From contig NC_068983.1 of assembly GCF_001194135.2 (NCBI RefSeq), positions 90,411,868 to 90,461,423 of the forward strand: a DNA stretch of 49,556 bases. Reading direction: 5' to 3'. Source of the stretch: Octopus bimaculoides (Eukaryota). Every line of letters begins with the position of its first letter. Position 1 is the stretch's first letter. Below the pieces are notes generated by a model. The model ran no database searches. It was not told the origin of the DNA and worked only from the letters and a program-made list of their open reading frames with translations. The position numbers and the translations under genes were made by a program. This document shows, one piece after another, positions 23,627-37,480 of this stretch.

Positions 23627-23765
23627 TTTCAGACCTTGTGCCTATAGTAGAAAACATTATTACTTGGTAGTATTACCTATTAATATTAAATATTAAAAGT
23701 ATACTTTATTAATAGGTAATACTACCAAGTAATAATGTTTTCTACTATAGGCACAAGGTCTGAAA
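23627..23765. repeat. Perfect 59-bp inverted repeat with 21-bp spacer
   Basis: 23627-23685 is the exact reverse complement of 23707-23765. Confidence 0.93.
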
Positions 23766-23952
23766 TTTGTGAGGAGGAGACTTGTCGATTATATCAACCC
23801 TAGTTTTTGATTGGTACTTAATTTATCAATCCAAAAAGGACGAAAGTTAAAGTCAACCTCAGCAGAATTTGAACTAAGAATGTCAAGGTGAATGAAATTC
23901 CGCAAAGCATTTTGCCCTGTGTGCTAACAATTCTACCAGTTCACTGCCTTAC
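23740..23952 (-). mobile_element. CORE-SINE
   Basis: Reverse complement of the family at 31207-31423. Confidence 0.8.
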
Positions 23953-23989
23953 AAATACAAGTAATAATAACAGTAATTATAATAATAAT

Positions 23990-24200
23990 TTGTTCTACTT
24001 TAGGCACAAGGCCTGAAATTTGGGGGTAGGGCTAGTTGATTACATTGAACCCAGTGCTCAACTGGTATTTATTTTATCAACCCCAAAAGGATGAAAGGCA
24101 AAGCCAACTCTAGCAATTATTTGAACTTAGAATATAAAACTGAAAGAAATACTGTGAAGCATTTTGTTTAGTGTAATAACAATTCTACCTGCTCACTACT
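23990..24200 (-). mobile_element. CORE-SINE
   Basis: Same family, in tandem with the previous copy. Confidence 0.8.
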
Positions 24201-25731
24201 TTAATAATTATAATAATATGAATAATCCTAATTATGCCCAAAACTTGAATGCTAATAATGATGATGAATATTAATTCATAGTATTAATGATAGGACTAAC
24301 AGTAGTACTGACTATATCAATCTTGAAAAAGCTGATAGGGCACTACATGTAACCTGCAATAGAAGACTTACAACTTCAGAATACCAATCCATTGTTCATT
24401 GAGGGTCGATTGCCTACAGTATAACATTGTCTATAAATGTATAGTTACCACAACACATACCCACTCCTGCAGAATTTAAATTGGGTTAATGATTAATTTT
24501 AAGTGTTGATTTGTTACAGATGGTAGCTCCTTTATGAACATTAATAGGAAATTATCTACCTTCCTTGCCACCTACATTTACCACCTCAAAGCCGAGGGTA
24601 TTCCTTATATTTCTTGTTAGCATCTTTTTTAGAATTATTTTATTTTCTTTTATATCCTCTTCATACCTATCCTTGGTCTGTTATGATTTATGGGTCTCTC
24701 TGGAATTAGCTGGCCAAAGCCCATATCTTCTCACTCTATTTTTATAGGCTTCCTTTGGTCTTGCTTTTCTAATGACATATATTTATAAACAATGTTCTCT
24801 GCTAAGTTATTTGCCAATATACTCTGATAAGAATATTATGGGTCTTTCAAAATCTGTACCTGTTCATACATCTGCAATATTAGTGAACTTCATTACAAAA
24901 TATGCATGATATAAGCATTAATCATTGATTATCCAAAACAGATGTAAAGGTAAGACTTGATTACATCAACTTTCCATTTGAATACATTCCTTATGCCTGC
25001 TATTGTCTGAATCTTTTGTGCTTTTATATGCTATATATATACTTCTATATGCTATGTATATTTAGGAATATTTAGGATCTGAATCTAGCCCATCTTACTT
25101 CAATCAGCTTTTATACTTTGCCTGTGAGTTTGATGTATACATTTTTTTCTATACACATTTTTTTAATAACCATGTTATTTAGAAATTGAATTTAGTCAGC
25201 ATTTTTAATCGTTTTTAATTGTTTGTGTTTTTAGGCTTCATTCTTCCTAATTGATTTCCCTATCTCTTGCATGCTTTCTAATTGCTACCACCCCTCTCCT
25301 TTAATTAAAGATATAAGCATTGGATACAGGATATATTACATATATATATCTCTTAGTTTCAATTTTTTCTTTCTTCCTTTATTTCCCTTTTTTCTTCTAT
25401 TTATTTCTCTTCTATTTTTTACCATGACTGCAAATTCACTCCCCCTTTTAATAAGTGTATTTTTCATTCATATTAATTTTTGTACCAGTTTTTGTGATAC
25501 TCATTTGCCCTTGTATAAATTTCTAATTTTCAATTTTGACTTCCATTTTAATTTTATTTTTTATTAGTTGCAACATTTTATTTTTGATTAGGTCTTTTTT
25601 ATTCTTTGTAATTTTTCTATTCTTGTTTTCATACAATTAAATGTTTTATGCTGTCCAATTTTTAACTTTAATTCAACTTTGACTTGCCTTTCTGCTAAGT
25701 CAATCACTTTCATCCAATAGATTCCCATTAT

Positions 25732-25903
25732 ACAGTTCTATATTTGAGAGATGGGGAATTATGTACATTATTTGTATTTGACAGATATTTGTCCTCATCT
25801 TGTTTATTGTTAACACAACATTTTGGCTGGAGAGTACATCAGCCGAAACGTTGTGTTAACAACAAACAAGATAAGGACAAATATCCATCAAATGTAAATA
25901 ATG
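25732..25903. mobile_element. Short palindromic insertion of the same hammerhead-tail family as 6315-6885, lacking the tRNA head and CUGAUGA
   Basis: Perfect 14-bp TSD TAGATTCCCATTAT at 25718-25731 and 25904-25917; arms match the tail at 6772-6885. Confidence 0.88.
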
Positions 25904-26921
25904 TAGATTCCCATTATTTTGAAATGCAATTTCCCTGCCCAATCAGTTTTAAATGTTTATTTGATGAGTTGACTGACATGAATACCATTGCACTTTTCTA
26001 AATACTTACAAATGTCTGATGATCAGTTTATTTATAGATTGTTAGAACAAATATTTCTGCAATTTTACAATCCTAATTGAAGATATAAAGTCAGCATCAA
26101 AATATAGGCAAAATTGTTGAGTTGGAAGGAAGGGTCAACTATATTGGAATGTATTAGGTCATTGGATCATAACCAATGACGCCATCTTTGCATGCGTGTT
26201 AAGGAAATATGTCTCCAAGTGATTAAATCAGAAATTGCAGACACACAATTCTCACCTCCATACTGATTAATAGAGCACCTGTAATTTTCATATTCCTGGA
26301 GAATAGTTTATTTTTGAAATATTAAAAGATTTGAATCTTTACAATAATGATAATTGTAATTTTCATGTATGTTAATATTTAATAAACATTTTATGAAATT
26401 ATTTTCAAACTGTGTGTAACTTTCAATTTAGAAACAAAATACTTTACAGGTTTTTCATGTTTTTGAGGGTTTTTTTTCCCAAATTACAATAAATTTTTAC
26501 ATAAAATTAAAGGTGAATTTTAAAAAAAATGTTTTTAATTCAAATCTTACTGATTGCTTGTTAATATGAATTTGACAATGAGGAACTACTGAAATATGCA
26601 TTTGGTCTCTTAGATAATTTTGCATTGGCAATATCTATTTTGTCTTGTACATTGAAAAATTTGAACCTAACACTGTAAGCTAATAAAACACTGGTCTGTT
26701 ACTCAATGACCACAGTACTTACAGCAGTGAGCAATTTCTTTCTCTGGCATTAACAAAAACTGAGTTAGTGAGAGTAAAGTATCTGTGTCAAGGATCCTGC
26801 TTAATATTAGTGACAAGATGAACTACTGACCATTTAACTAAAGCTTGAAATGTAGATTGATGTACTATACAATGCATACATGAAGTGCAATGTTATAGTA
26901 GTGAGAAGTTGACAATGAAGG

Positions 26922-29900
26922 TGTAGGTGCAGTTACACCCTTTTGACAGTGATTAAAAACAAGCCCACTAGATGGCATGAAAATGTGAGATCCTGACATG
27001 TGACCTCATGGTGAGTAGTACTCCAGACCAGCATCTCCAACATTTAACCCTAGCTGTTTAAGCGCCTATGTTCCTATGATGTGAAGATCGACCCGGCTAA
27101 GTGTGTATTCAGTTCTACCAGTTTGGAATTCTTGGGACATCTCATTGGTGCCGACGGTATTCATCCACTTCCTTCTAAAGTGGAAGCCATCAAACGCTTG
27201 TCTCCTCCTATTTCCTTAAAACAACTCAAATTTTATTGGTTTAGTTAATTATTATGGTCAATGGGCTGGTCCTATAGGCATAGGAGTGGCTGTGTGGTAA
27301 GTAGCTTGCTTACGAACCACATGGTTCTGGGTTCAGTCCCACTGTGTGGCACCTTCGGCAAGTGTCTTCAGCTATAGCCTTGGGCCGACTAAAGCCTTGT
27401 GAGTGGATTTGGTAGACGGAAACTGAAAGAAGCCCCCTCCTATATATATATATATNNNNNNNNNNNNNNNNNNNNNNNNNNNNNNNNNNNNNNNNNNNNN
27501 NNNNNNNNNNNNNNNNNNNNNNATGTGTGTGTGTATATGTTTGTGTGTCTGTGTTTGTCCCCCCAACATCACTTGACAACTGATGCTGGTGTGTTTACAT
27601 CCCCATAACTTAGCGGTTCGGCAAAAGAGACCGATAGAATAAGTACTAGGCTTACAAAGAATAAGTCCTGGAGTCAATTTGCTCAACTAAAGGCGGTGCT
27701 CCAGCATGGCCACAGTCAAATGACTGAAACAAGTAAAAGAGTAAAGAGTACTTCATTCCTAAATGTGCGGAGAAGTTGCTTCCCTTGACCAAACTATTGA
27801 AAGATCAGCGGAAGAAAGATACCCAGATAATGTTGTCTCCTACAGCCGTCTAAGCTTTTGAATCTGTCAAAGCTGACCTTGTTCAAGCATCCTTCCTCAC
27901 ACGTCTTGTTCCAAATGCAAAATTATCACTTACTGTTGATGCGTCATCATCTGCTATAGGTTCAGTTTTAGAGCTAATGGTTGATTTCGGCTGTCAACAG
28001 CCGAAGCCAGCCATTAGTCTTCTTCTTATGCCAGCTGAAAAATGCTGAACTAAGCAGTTTACTTGGTGGTGAAGCATTTCTCTTATCTTCTTGAAGGCAG
28101 AGATATCATGATGTTCACCAACTACAAACCACTAATGTTCACTCACTTTGCAAAAAAGGACTGGTACTTGCCCAAAGAAACAAGGCAATTGGACTATATA
28201 TCACAGTTCACTAGTGACATTTGCCACATTGCTGGCACTGACAACATTCCCACCGATGCCTTATCTCACCTGCCTATCAGTACATTGTTGTCTCCTGCTT
28301 TGATTGATTTGGTTGCTATGGCATTTTGGACTCTCTGGACATCTTTTTACCACAGTTTTCCTGCTGCAAGTTTGAACGCCTGCTTCTGTCTTTTCTGAAG
28401 GAACCATTCTCTGCGAGGTTTCTACCAGATCACCACGACCCCTCATTCCTAAATGCTACCGTCGTGCTGTTTTTGAAGCACTGCATTCACTGTCACACCC
28501 AGGCATTGCGGCCACAGTAAAGCTTACCTTTGCCCACTTTTTCTGGTCGAATATGCGATAGTCTATTACTGCTTGGTCACATGCCTGTCTACCATGTCAG
28601 CGTTCCAAGGTGCATTAGCATGTGAAAGCACCTTTTGGACACTTCCAGCCACCGGACACCAGGTTCCGTCACATACACATCGACCTGGTTGGTCAGTTGC
28701 AGATTTACTTATATATTGACCTGCATCAACTGTTTCTCCAAATGGCCTGGAGCTATCTCTCTCACTGATATTTCAGCAGAAACAGTTTCCAGAGCACTCA
28801 TCTCTGGGTGAATATCTCACTTCGGAGTACCCTCTAGAATTACTACTGATCGTGGATGTCAATTTGAAGCTTGTCTGTTCTTTGAGCTTTTGAGATTGCT
28901 TGGAGTTCAGTACATCCACACTACCAGTTACCATCCCACCATGAATGGTATGGTGGAAAGATTCCACTGACAGCTTAAAGCCATTATTCACATGGCTCCT
29001 GACTCTCATTGTTGATCTGAGTTTCTCCCCATTGTTCTGCTAGGGTGCCGCTCAGCTGTCAAAGACGATTTAGGCTACTCCTCCACTGAGCTCCTGTATG
29101 GTACCACCTTAGCACTTCCTGGACAAATGCGGACCCCACATCTTACGTCACGCAACTCAGGTCATTCTTTTCTGACCTGCCACCAATGCTTCCTCGTGAT
29201 CAGTCTAATTCCTCTGCAGTACCTCTGAATGTTTCTACCTGGACTCAAGTGTTTGTAAGAAACAATGCCGTCAAAGGACCACTCGCACCTACCTACAGTG
29301 GACCCTGTTGCGTTCTTAAAAGCACACCGAAACTGCTCACTGTGGACATTCATGGGGAAAAAAGAGACTGTCTTTATCGACAGAATAAAAAAAGCTGTTT
29401 CTGAAACATTTATGCCACTTGCTGACAGACCTATCATTCCACAAACACTGTCACCTCCACTCCCACAAGCACCACCTCCATTTACCAAAACACCAACTAC
29501 ACAAAACACATTCTTTACCTTACGAGACACATTCTGGCAGATCAGTTCATTGACTGAAGAAATTGTCTCAGACTATTTACATTTCTTAACTTTGCCTTGC
29601 CAGTGACTGTTCTGAAGAATAGACTTATGCTGCTGTAGACACTGCATTCACATTTTCTTCTTTCTGTATCATTGTACATATATGCCTTGTTCTATTTGAT
29701 TGCACACCTTTCTTCCTAGTATATATTTGCATTGTATTTTTTTCTCAATTGTTCATACAACTGTTTTGCCATGGTTCCTTCTTCTGTACCCTCCTAGTCC
29801 ACACTCCACCTACACTTATTAATCAACCGCTTCCGGTCTAACAGGGGGCCTCCATAGGTACAGTTACACCCCTTTGACAGCAAGTAAAAACAAGTCCACT

Positions 29901-30190
29901 AGACGGCGTGAAAATGTGAGATCCTGACACGTGACCTCATCTCTTCTTCTTTTCTGCTCTGACACGCAAGCTGTGAGAACGCAACTAGACTGGCTCTCTC
30001 CTATACCACAGGGTAGTTTGCAGATAGGAGCAAAGCACATAAGACCATGGCCTCTACACACCAACCATTCTATTTATCATTCCATTGTGTATATATGTGT
30101 GGCCACAATAAACGTATTTAAAGTCCGGGTCTACTACCAAGTGAGATCACAGCTTTCTGAGTGGCTCAACAACAATCTACTCCATCTAAA
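26922..30190 (+). mobile_element. Ty3/gypsy LTR retrotransposon, CsRn1-like, internally deleted
   Basis: 88-bp 5' LTR remnant 26922-27009 matches the start of 3' LTR 29853-30190; 4-bp TSD AAGG; RT end KCVFSSTSLEFLGH; RH; integrase HSLSHPG, IHIDLVG, ITTDRGCQF, NGMVERFH; PPT aggggg. Confidence 0.88.
27277..27750 (+). mobile_element. tRNA-derived SINE inserted in the CsRn1-like RT-RH linker
   Basis: Same family as 22861; interrupts a LVNYY..FIPKCAE motif. Confidence 0.9.
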
Positions 30191-31060
30191 AAGGTAACAA
30201 TACTTAAGAGTGAGAGAGAAATGAGTTTAATATAAAGATACTGAGTACAAACTTAAATGAAAGATTAGTGTCTTTTCTCTAGCTCCTAGAAAGTGACAAG
30301 TAATTATTGAGAAGTAGATCAGGATTTTGTTGTAGCTGGGGCAGAAATATTGTCAAAGGAATATATAGAGAGAAATGTTTAAGCATGATCTGAGAAAACA
30401 AGAAATAATGTTTGATGGAAAGTATGTCAGAGGTAATACAAGAAAGATTTTGATTAGTTAAGTTCAGGCTTCAAACCAATCTAAAGTTAAATTAATAAAT
30501 AATTCCTAGTCCTAGTCCAGTTCAGTCTTTTTTATTACCAACAAAACTATCCATAAAAGTCATGGTACCAAAAAACCTACAAGAGGCAATCCAGGCTTCA
30601 GTTGGTAAAATTCTGTAAAAGAAAAATGAGAAAATTTATTAATACATTGGGGGNNNNNNNNNNGGGGGATTATGATTTAGGTTTTACTATTTCAATTAGC
30701 ACCCTCTGAGTAACAAAAAAATTTTTAAGCACTAAACATTTCATTTCTTTTGAATAAATTGAGTACTTTTAAACTTTTATTCCAGTTAGAAAACTGACAA
30801 GAGTCTATACAATGCTTTCATAGAACAATGGGTGTAAAACTGTTACAGTGAAAAAATAATGGCCATAAAGGTAAAGATAATTTTTTAATAAAAGATATAA
30901 TGAAAGGACCCTTTTATTGTCCCCTAAGTTATTGATTAGAATACATTTTCTAATTATTTTTCAACTCTGCAGGCCATGCTTCACTAAACACCTATTCTGA
31001 AAGGATCTCTGTTCTATAATTTCAAAAGTGAAATGGAGGTAGTGGAATATTATAAAATAG

Positions 31061-34000
31061 TGTTGTATGGGGAATCCGTACACCCCCTGTGATTGGCTAA
31101 GTGAACTATACTAGTTAGTATAAATGAGCATGCGCAGTCATAGTGTACAGGTCGTTGGAATTATTGAATAGAGATATCGTGGAGTGCTTGTTGAAGATAC
31201 ACAGTCGGCGAGCTGGCAGAAACATTAGCACAACGGGCAAAATGCTTCACGGTATTTCGTCTGCCATTACGTTCTGAGTCCAAATTCCGCCGAGGTCGAC
31301 TTTGCCTTTCATCCTTTCGGGTCGATAAATTAAGTACCAGTTACGCACTGGGGTCGATGTAATCAACTTAACCCCTTTGTTTGTCCCCTCTATGTTTAGC
31401 CCCTTGTGGGCAATAAAGAAATGGAAGATACACAGTCGGAGAGTAATAAGAGAACATCAGGAATGTTTAATATCATAACAGTTCAGATATAACAGTGACG
31501 ATGAAAAGTCATTACGTCATATCAGTGGCGATCAGGATATCTCCCACTGTATAATGGTGTTGTTATATCAGCGGTAACAAGATTACGAACTTGTAGGAGA
31601 GTCAAAATGGAAGAACTACTAGCTTCTGTTGTGAAGCAACAACAGTTGCAGCAGCAGCTGTTACAACAGCAGCAAGAATACCATGAACAACAACAGCAAC
31701 AACAACAGCTAAGCCAGCAGTTGATAGAGTTATTGCTAAGAAGGCAGTAGCATCGCATTCAGCGGATGGAGTAGCCAACTCCATTGAAAAATTCCTGTAT
31801 AATCCCAAAGATGGGATTACCTTTTCTTCATACTATAGAAGGTATGAAGAAATATTTAAAGAAAAGTGCAAAGGCTGAACAAACGAAAAGAAGGTAAGAC
31901 TTCTTTTGCATAAACTAGTTCTGTCAGAGCACGAGAAATACTGCAACTTTATTCTACTAAAAAAGCTGCCAGAAATTTTTTTTTGAAGAAACAATTAAAA
32001 TATTAACTAATATATTCAGTGAAAAGTGCTCGCTATTCAACATACATTGGGAATACCTAAATTTTTTTAAAAATGAAAATGATGACATTGTTACATATGC
32101 AGGAATTGTAAACAAAGCATGCGAAAAATTCAAATTAGGAGAGTTGTCCCCAGATATGTTTAAATGTTTGATATTTGTCAAAGGACTAACTGCAAGTGAG
32201 GATGCAGAAATACAAGCGAGAATATTAACAAAATTGACACAAGACACTGAATTAACCTTGCAAAAAGTGGCAAAAGAATGTCAACGTATCAACCTACAGC
32301 AGGATATTGAGAACATTGAAAATAATAATATAAATGTACAGGCATGTTGACCTATAACAAACAAAAATATAAAACAAACAAGGCCCAAACCATGTTAAGG
32401 TTGTGGCGAGTTGCACTTCAAAAGGTACTGCTCCTTTAGGAATAAAGAATGTTTTGCTTGTGGCAAAATGGGTCATAAGCAGTCACAGTGTTGGGCGAAA
32501 AAGAAAAGGTTGAATGGACAAACAAATAAAGTGTTTTCAATGAAAACAGATGGTGAGACAAAAAAACGAAAATTTGTATCAGTAAAAATTAATAATGTAC
32601 ATACAAGATTACAACTAGACACAAGGAGCGATATCTCAATAATAAATATTGAAACTTGGAAGAAAACAAAGCAAATAGCTTGTGGAGTCTCTGGACAGTA
32701 AGTTCAATTCCTGGGTGAATTGAAGCCAGATGTAACATTTCATGGGAAGACATTCAAAGTGAAGGTCCACATATCAGAAAATGCCATGAATCTGTTTGGT
32801 ACAGAGTGAATGGAGACATTTAATTTGTGGGATTTGCCCATAAGTATTTTCTGTAATAATGTGAATGTGTCGCACACCAGTTCAAACAGTTAAAAATGAA
32901 ATTTTAAAAAATATATCCTGATGTTTTTTCAGAGGAACTTGGTACATGTATGAAAATAAAAGTGAAATTCCAACTAAAAGAAAATGCCATTCTGGTTTTT
33001 AAACCAAAGAGAGCTGTGCCTTTTGTGGCACTGAATCAAGTAGAAAAAGAATAGAAAAGACTTGAGAATATTGGTGTAATATAAAAATTAGACTATTCAG
33101 AATGTGCAGCACCAACTGTGTACATAAAAAGAAAAATAACAAAATAAGGGTCTGAGCTGATTTTTCGATGGGATATAATTAATGTCTGGAAACTTATAAC
33201 TATCCTTTACTAAGTCCAGAGGAGATTCTTGCCAAGCTTAATGAAGGCAAACTCTTTTCTGAATTGGATTTATCAGAAGCTTATTTACAGCTGCAGGTAG
33301 ATGAAGAATGGTCCAAGCTGTTAACGATAAATACACACAAAGGGTTATACAAATTTAACTGTCTTCCTTTCAGAATAAAAGTTACATCTGCAATTTTTCA
33401 ACAGGTTATGGATATAATGTTAGCGGACTGTGAATTCGCAATTCCATACCTGGATGATATATTAATTAAAAGTGCATCTCATGATCAGCATGTCGAGCAC
33501 GTAAAGTGTGTTTTTGAAAAAATAAGAGATTACAGCTTCACACTGAGTGAGGAAAAATGTAAATTTTTCTTACCTGAAATTAAGTATTTAGGACAAATTA
33601 TCGACAGGAATGGATGATGACCGGACCCATCGAGGGCAGACGCAATTAAAGATATGCCTCCTCCAACTAATATAACGACCTTACAAGCTTTTCTAGGTCT
33701 TGCAAGTTATTATCAAATGTATATTCCAAGAATGCATGAACTCTTAGCACCATTAAACAAACTGCTGAAAAAGATGTGAAATGGTGTTGGACTGACGAAT
33801 GCCAAAAAGCATTTGAAGAGATTTAAAAAAATGTTAATATCAGCACATTTTGATCTGAAACTAAAAATAATTGTAGCATCAGATGCTAGCAAGTCTGGGA
33901 TCAGAGCAGTAATCTAACATAAATTGAAAGATGGTAACGTAAAACCGATTGCACATGCGTCACCTGCATTACTATCGGTGGGAAAATATTACAGCCAGAT

Positions 34001-35706
34001 AGAGAAAGAGGCACTAGCCATTATCTTTGTAGTGAAGAAATTTCATAAATTCTTGCACAGCAGAAAGTTTACCTTGCAGACAGATTACCATCCACTATTA
34101 ATGATATATGGATCAAAAAAAGGTGTCCCCACACACACAGCCAATCGATTATAATGCTGGGGGACTACCTTATTAAATTATGATTTCAAAATGGAATTTT
34201 TGCCTTCAAAGAAATTGGGACATGCAGACAGGCTGTTGAGATTGATCCTGAAGTATAAGGAACCGCTAGAAGATACAGTAATAACAGCGTTAAAAGCAGA
34301 AATTGAATTAAAAAATATTCTCTGTAATGTTGTGTGGGAATTACCAGTCATATTAGAAGAGATAAAAAGTAAAGCAGAAAAAGATGCATTTATTAACGAA
34401 ACGAAAAAAAATAATAATGAATGAGACAAATACAAAAATTTATGTCACTGAGCGTAACACAGGTTCAAAATACTATTTGATGTGTGATAACGTGTTCATA
34501 TACACTCAGAGGGTTGTGATAGCTGTTGTACTACAAAATAGAATGCTAAAAGAATTTCATGTAAGACATCCTGGAAGTGCAAGGATGAAGTCCCTCATAA
34601 GGAGTTAACATTTACTGGCCTAGTGTGGATAAAGATATTGAGAAACTGGTGAAAGCATGTAGGGGATGTGCCCTGGTAGCTAAGGCACCTCAAGTAAGAT
34701 TCAGCCGTGGCCAAAGACATATACTGTGGTCTAGACTACTCATAGATTTTGCAGGTGTATATTATCTGGTAGTGGTAGATAGCTACACAAAATGGCCTAA
34801 AATTTGTAAGTGCAGGAAACCAAATATGAAAATAACTACTGAATTTTGGGATGAAATATTTGCAAGTTTTGGTGTCCCGGACAATGGCACACAATTTACA
34901 GCAAAAGAGTTCAAAAATAGAATAAAGCCAAACCCCAACACACAATCGGGTATATCACCCGCTGAATTAATGGTCACCAGAAAGGTACAATCAGTATTTG
35001 ATAAATTGTTACCAGGAAAGAAACAACAAATACAGAAGAATACTGTTAATAATACAAACTATTTCAATATAGGTGACGCAGTATTTTTTAAAAGGTACAA
35101 ATATGGAAAACAAAGTTGGGAACAAGGACGAATAACCAAACGTCTTGGTAAAGTAACATATATGATGAAAGGGCAGACATGTGAGCATGAGAGACATGTA
35201 AATCAAATAAAAAAGAGATACACAGAAGGACGAGAAAGGCAGCAAGAGCCTATGAAAATACTTTGATATATTTGATATTCCATTGCTGCAGGAAAGGGCA
35301 AGTCAACTGGAAAGAGAAAGAGGACAGAAATGTTAGAGATTGATTCTAAACGAAAAACTAGGCCAATTTCTCCCCAAGGAATTTCTCTCCAATAAAACAA
35401 AATATATAAATAAATAAAAGGAAAGCCAATCTCATAGGGGGGAGGTGTTTTATGGGGAATCTGTACACCCCTGTGATTGGCTAAGTGAACTATACTATTT
35501 AGTATAAATGTGCATGCACAGTACAGTCTGAGAAGAGTGTCATATGTGCAGTTATAGTGTACAGGTCGTAGGAATTATTAAATAGAGATATCATGGAGTG
35601 CTTGTTGAAGATACACAGTTGGAGAGTAATAAGAGACCATCAGGAACGTTTGATAATATAACAGTTCAGATATAAAATTGACGATGAGAAGTCGTATATC
35701 ATATCA
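31061..35706 (+). mobile_element. Ty3/gypsy LTR retrotransposon, Mag-like, full length but decayed
   Basis: LTRs 31061-31524 and 35446-35706 (TG..CA); PBS tggcgatcagga at 31526 (tRNA-Ser-like); PPT aggggggagg; polyQ gag with two CCHC knuckles; PR LDTRSD; RT YLDDILI; RH DAS; integrase HPG..CRGC and DNGTQF. Confidence 0.93.
31207..31423 (+). mobile_element. CORE-SINE inserted in the 5' LTR of the Mag-like element
   Basis: 14-bp TSD GAAGATACACAGTC at 31193-31206 and 31424-31437; core cgaggtcgactttgcctttcatcctttcggggtcgataaattaagtaccag. Confidence 0.93.
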
Positions 35707-37169
35707 AATGATAAATGAATAAAATGAACAAACCAAAACACTAAACACTGTCTCATACTAACAAAATGAATACAGTGATATTGGTAAGATCCTAAAACTG
35801 TAATTGATATAATGTACTAAATAAGGTACTGTAAGATAATATAGAAATGTCATAAATATGAAATGGTCTTAAAATTCAGATACAGAGATCTGATCTGCAC
35901 AACTTGGAAAGTGGAGAGGATGATATTTTTTTAAGGTAAAATGCAGTGGATTATAATAATAAATAAACAATTAGAATATTTCTATTTTTAATTATAAATC
36001 ATGAGTAGGTAATGGGGCTGAAAATTTCTGATAGAGAATTCTCTATTTCTATGCACAGAACAGCTTCTCTGCTATTTTCTTTTATAAATTATCTATTTGT
36101 CTCCTTATAAATAGATATTAATTTCACAAACAAACTCATTGTCACAGATTTGTAAGGAAAGTGGACAGTTGACTGATTTGATCCCAAAAGCTGCTTAGAG
36201 TTGAAAATGAAAAAGTTGAATGGGACTTATAATGTAAAAGCTCATAGGGAACAACTTTGTCATGATGCAAAGTATTCTCAACAAGTTAAATTAGTCAGCC
36301 TCAACCACATCAACTGATATCAAAGAAAGAAGGTTTGAATTCAGCACAGCTATCTAATGGTCAGTGGTACAATGCTTTCTATGCTTATACCTACTCATCA
36401 TTACCTATTATATCTATTTACATCTAGATGAACTAAGTTACTTGATTAGAATTGAACCATAGGCTCTTTAGTAGACAGTCTAAATTCTTACTGATTGGTA
36501 CTTCTTTGTTTAGAGCCACTTACGCTTTAAATACAGCTTGAAAGTATACAAGTCTTGGTAAACAGAGTATGTACTGGTTAGTCAGAATGGCCTGCATTGA
36601 CTTATTCACAACATAATCCAATTCCATAAATGGGCAGATAGGAGGAAATCTATAAAGCAAAATAGTATATTAACATTCATTATTATGTAGGTAAAATAAA
36701 AACATTTAATGAATGTATGTGAACATATGTGTAAATAGGGAACAGCTTTTCTTCAAGTTTCAGTCTTTTTATTAAGAGATTTTCATATATCTTTATTAGT
36801 CCTTTAAATTTAATTTGGAACAATAGTGTACCTATAGGAATTAGCCTTTTAACATTGCAAAACCATCAGTTACATCCTAAAAATTCCATGTTGTTCATGT
36901 ACTTTGCAGTAATTCACAAAGCATAATTGGGATACTCTCTTAACTGATAAAATTCCTTTAAAAAAAACAAATTCTAACATATTGTTTTTAATACAACTCA
37001 CACACACACTGTCTCTCTCTCTCGCCCTCTCTCTCTCTCGCCCTCTCTCTCTCTCTCTCTTTTAATTTCATTTTCCCTCCTTTTGTTGCATGCACTTTTC
37101 CCTGTACATGGGCCTTGTAAACAGAGGACTAAAAAGAAATCAAGTGAGCATACTCCACTAGCTGTGTAT

Positions 37170-37480
37170 CATTAGTGTATGTGATTGATTGAGTACAAAT
37201 ATGCTGAGAGAATAACTAAGTATCAGATGTGGTGTACAAGAGAAGACAGTGATGTACAAGTGTGTAGTGCTTATGAAAGAAGACAACTGTATAACAAAGT
37301 GCAGCATGTTCCAAGTAGGTGGATGAACCTGTGAAAGAGGGAGATCCCAGAAGATATGGGATGAAGTGGTGAAGACTGATCTCAGGATATTGGACCTCAC
37401 TTAGGAGATGACAAACAACTGAGATGACTACTGACATGCAGAGCATGAAAAGACATACACATCTGTTCAACTACAGCAAA
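37170..37480 (+). mobile_element. Decayed RTE 3' fragment
   Basis: Homologous to 3290-3580 (gaagatatgggatgaagtggtgaag). Confidence 0.65.

Noticed and set aside
24340-24960. Several exon-like segments, e.g. 24520-24597 DGSSFMNINRKLSTFLATYIYHLKAEG
   Set aside because: Competing candidates on both strands cannot be joined in phase; the sequence could equally be decayed PLE RT; not supportable
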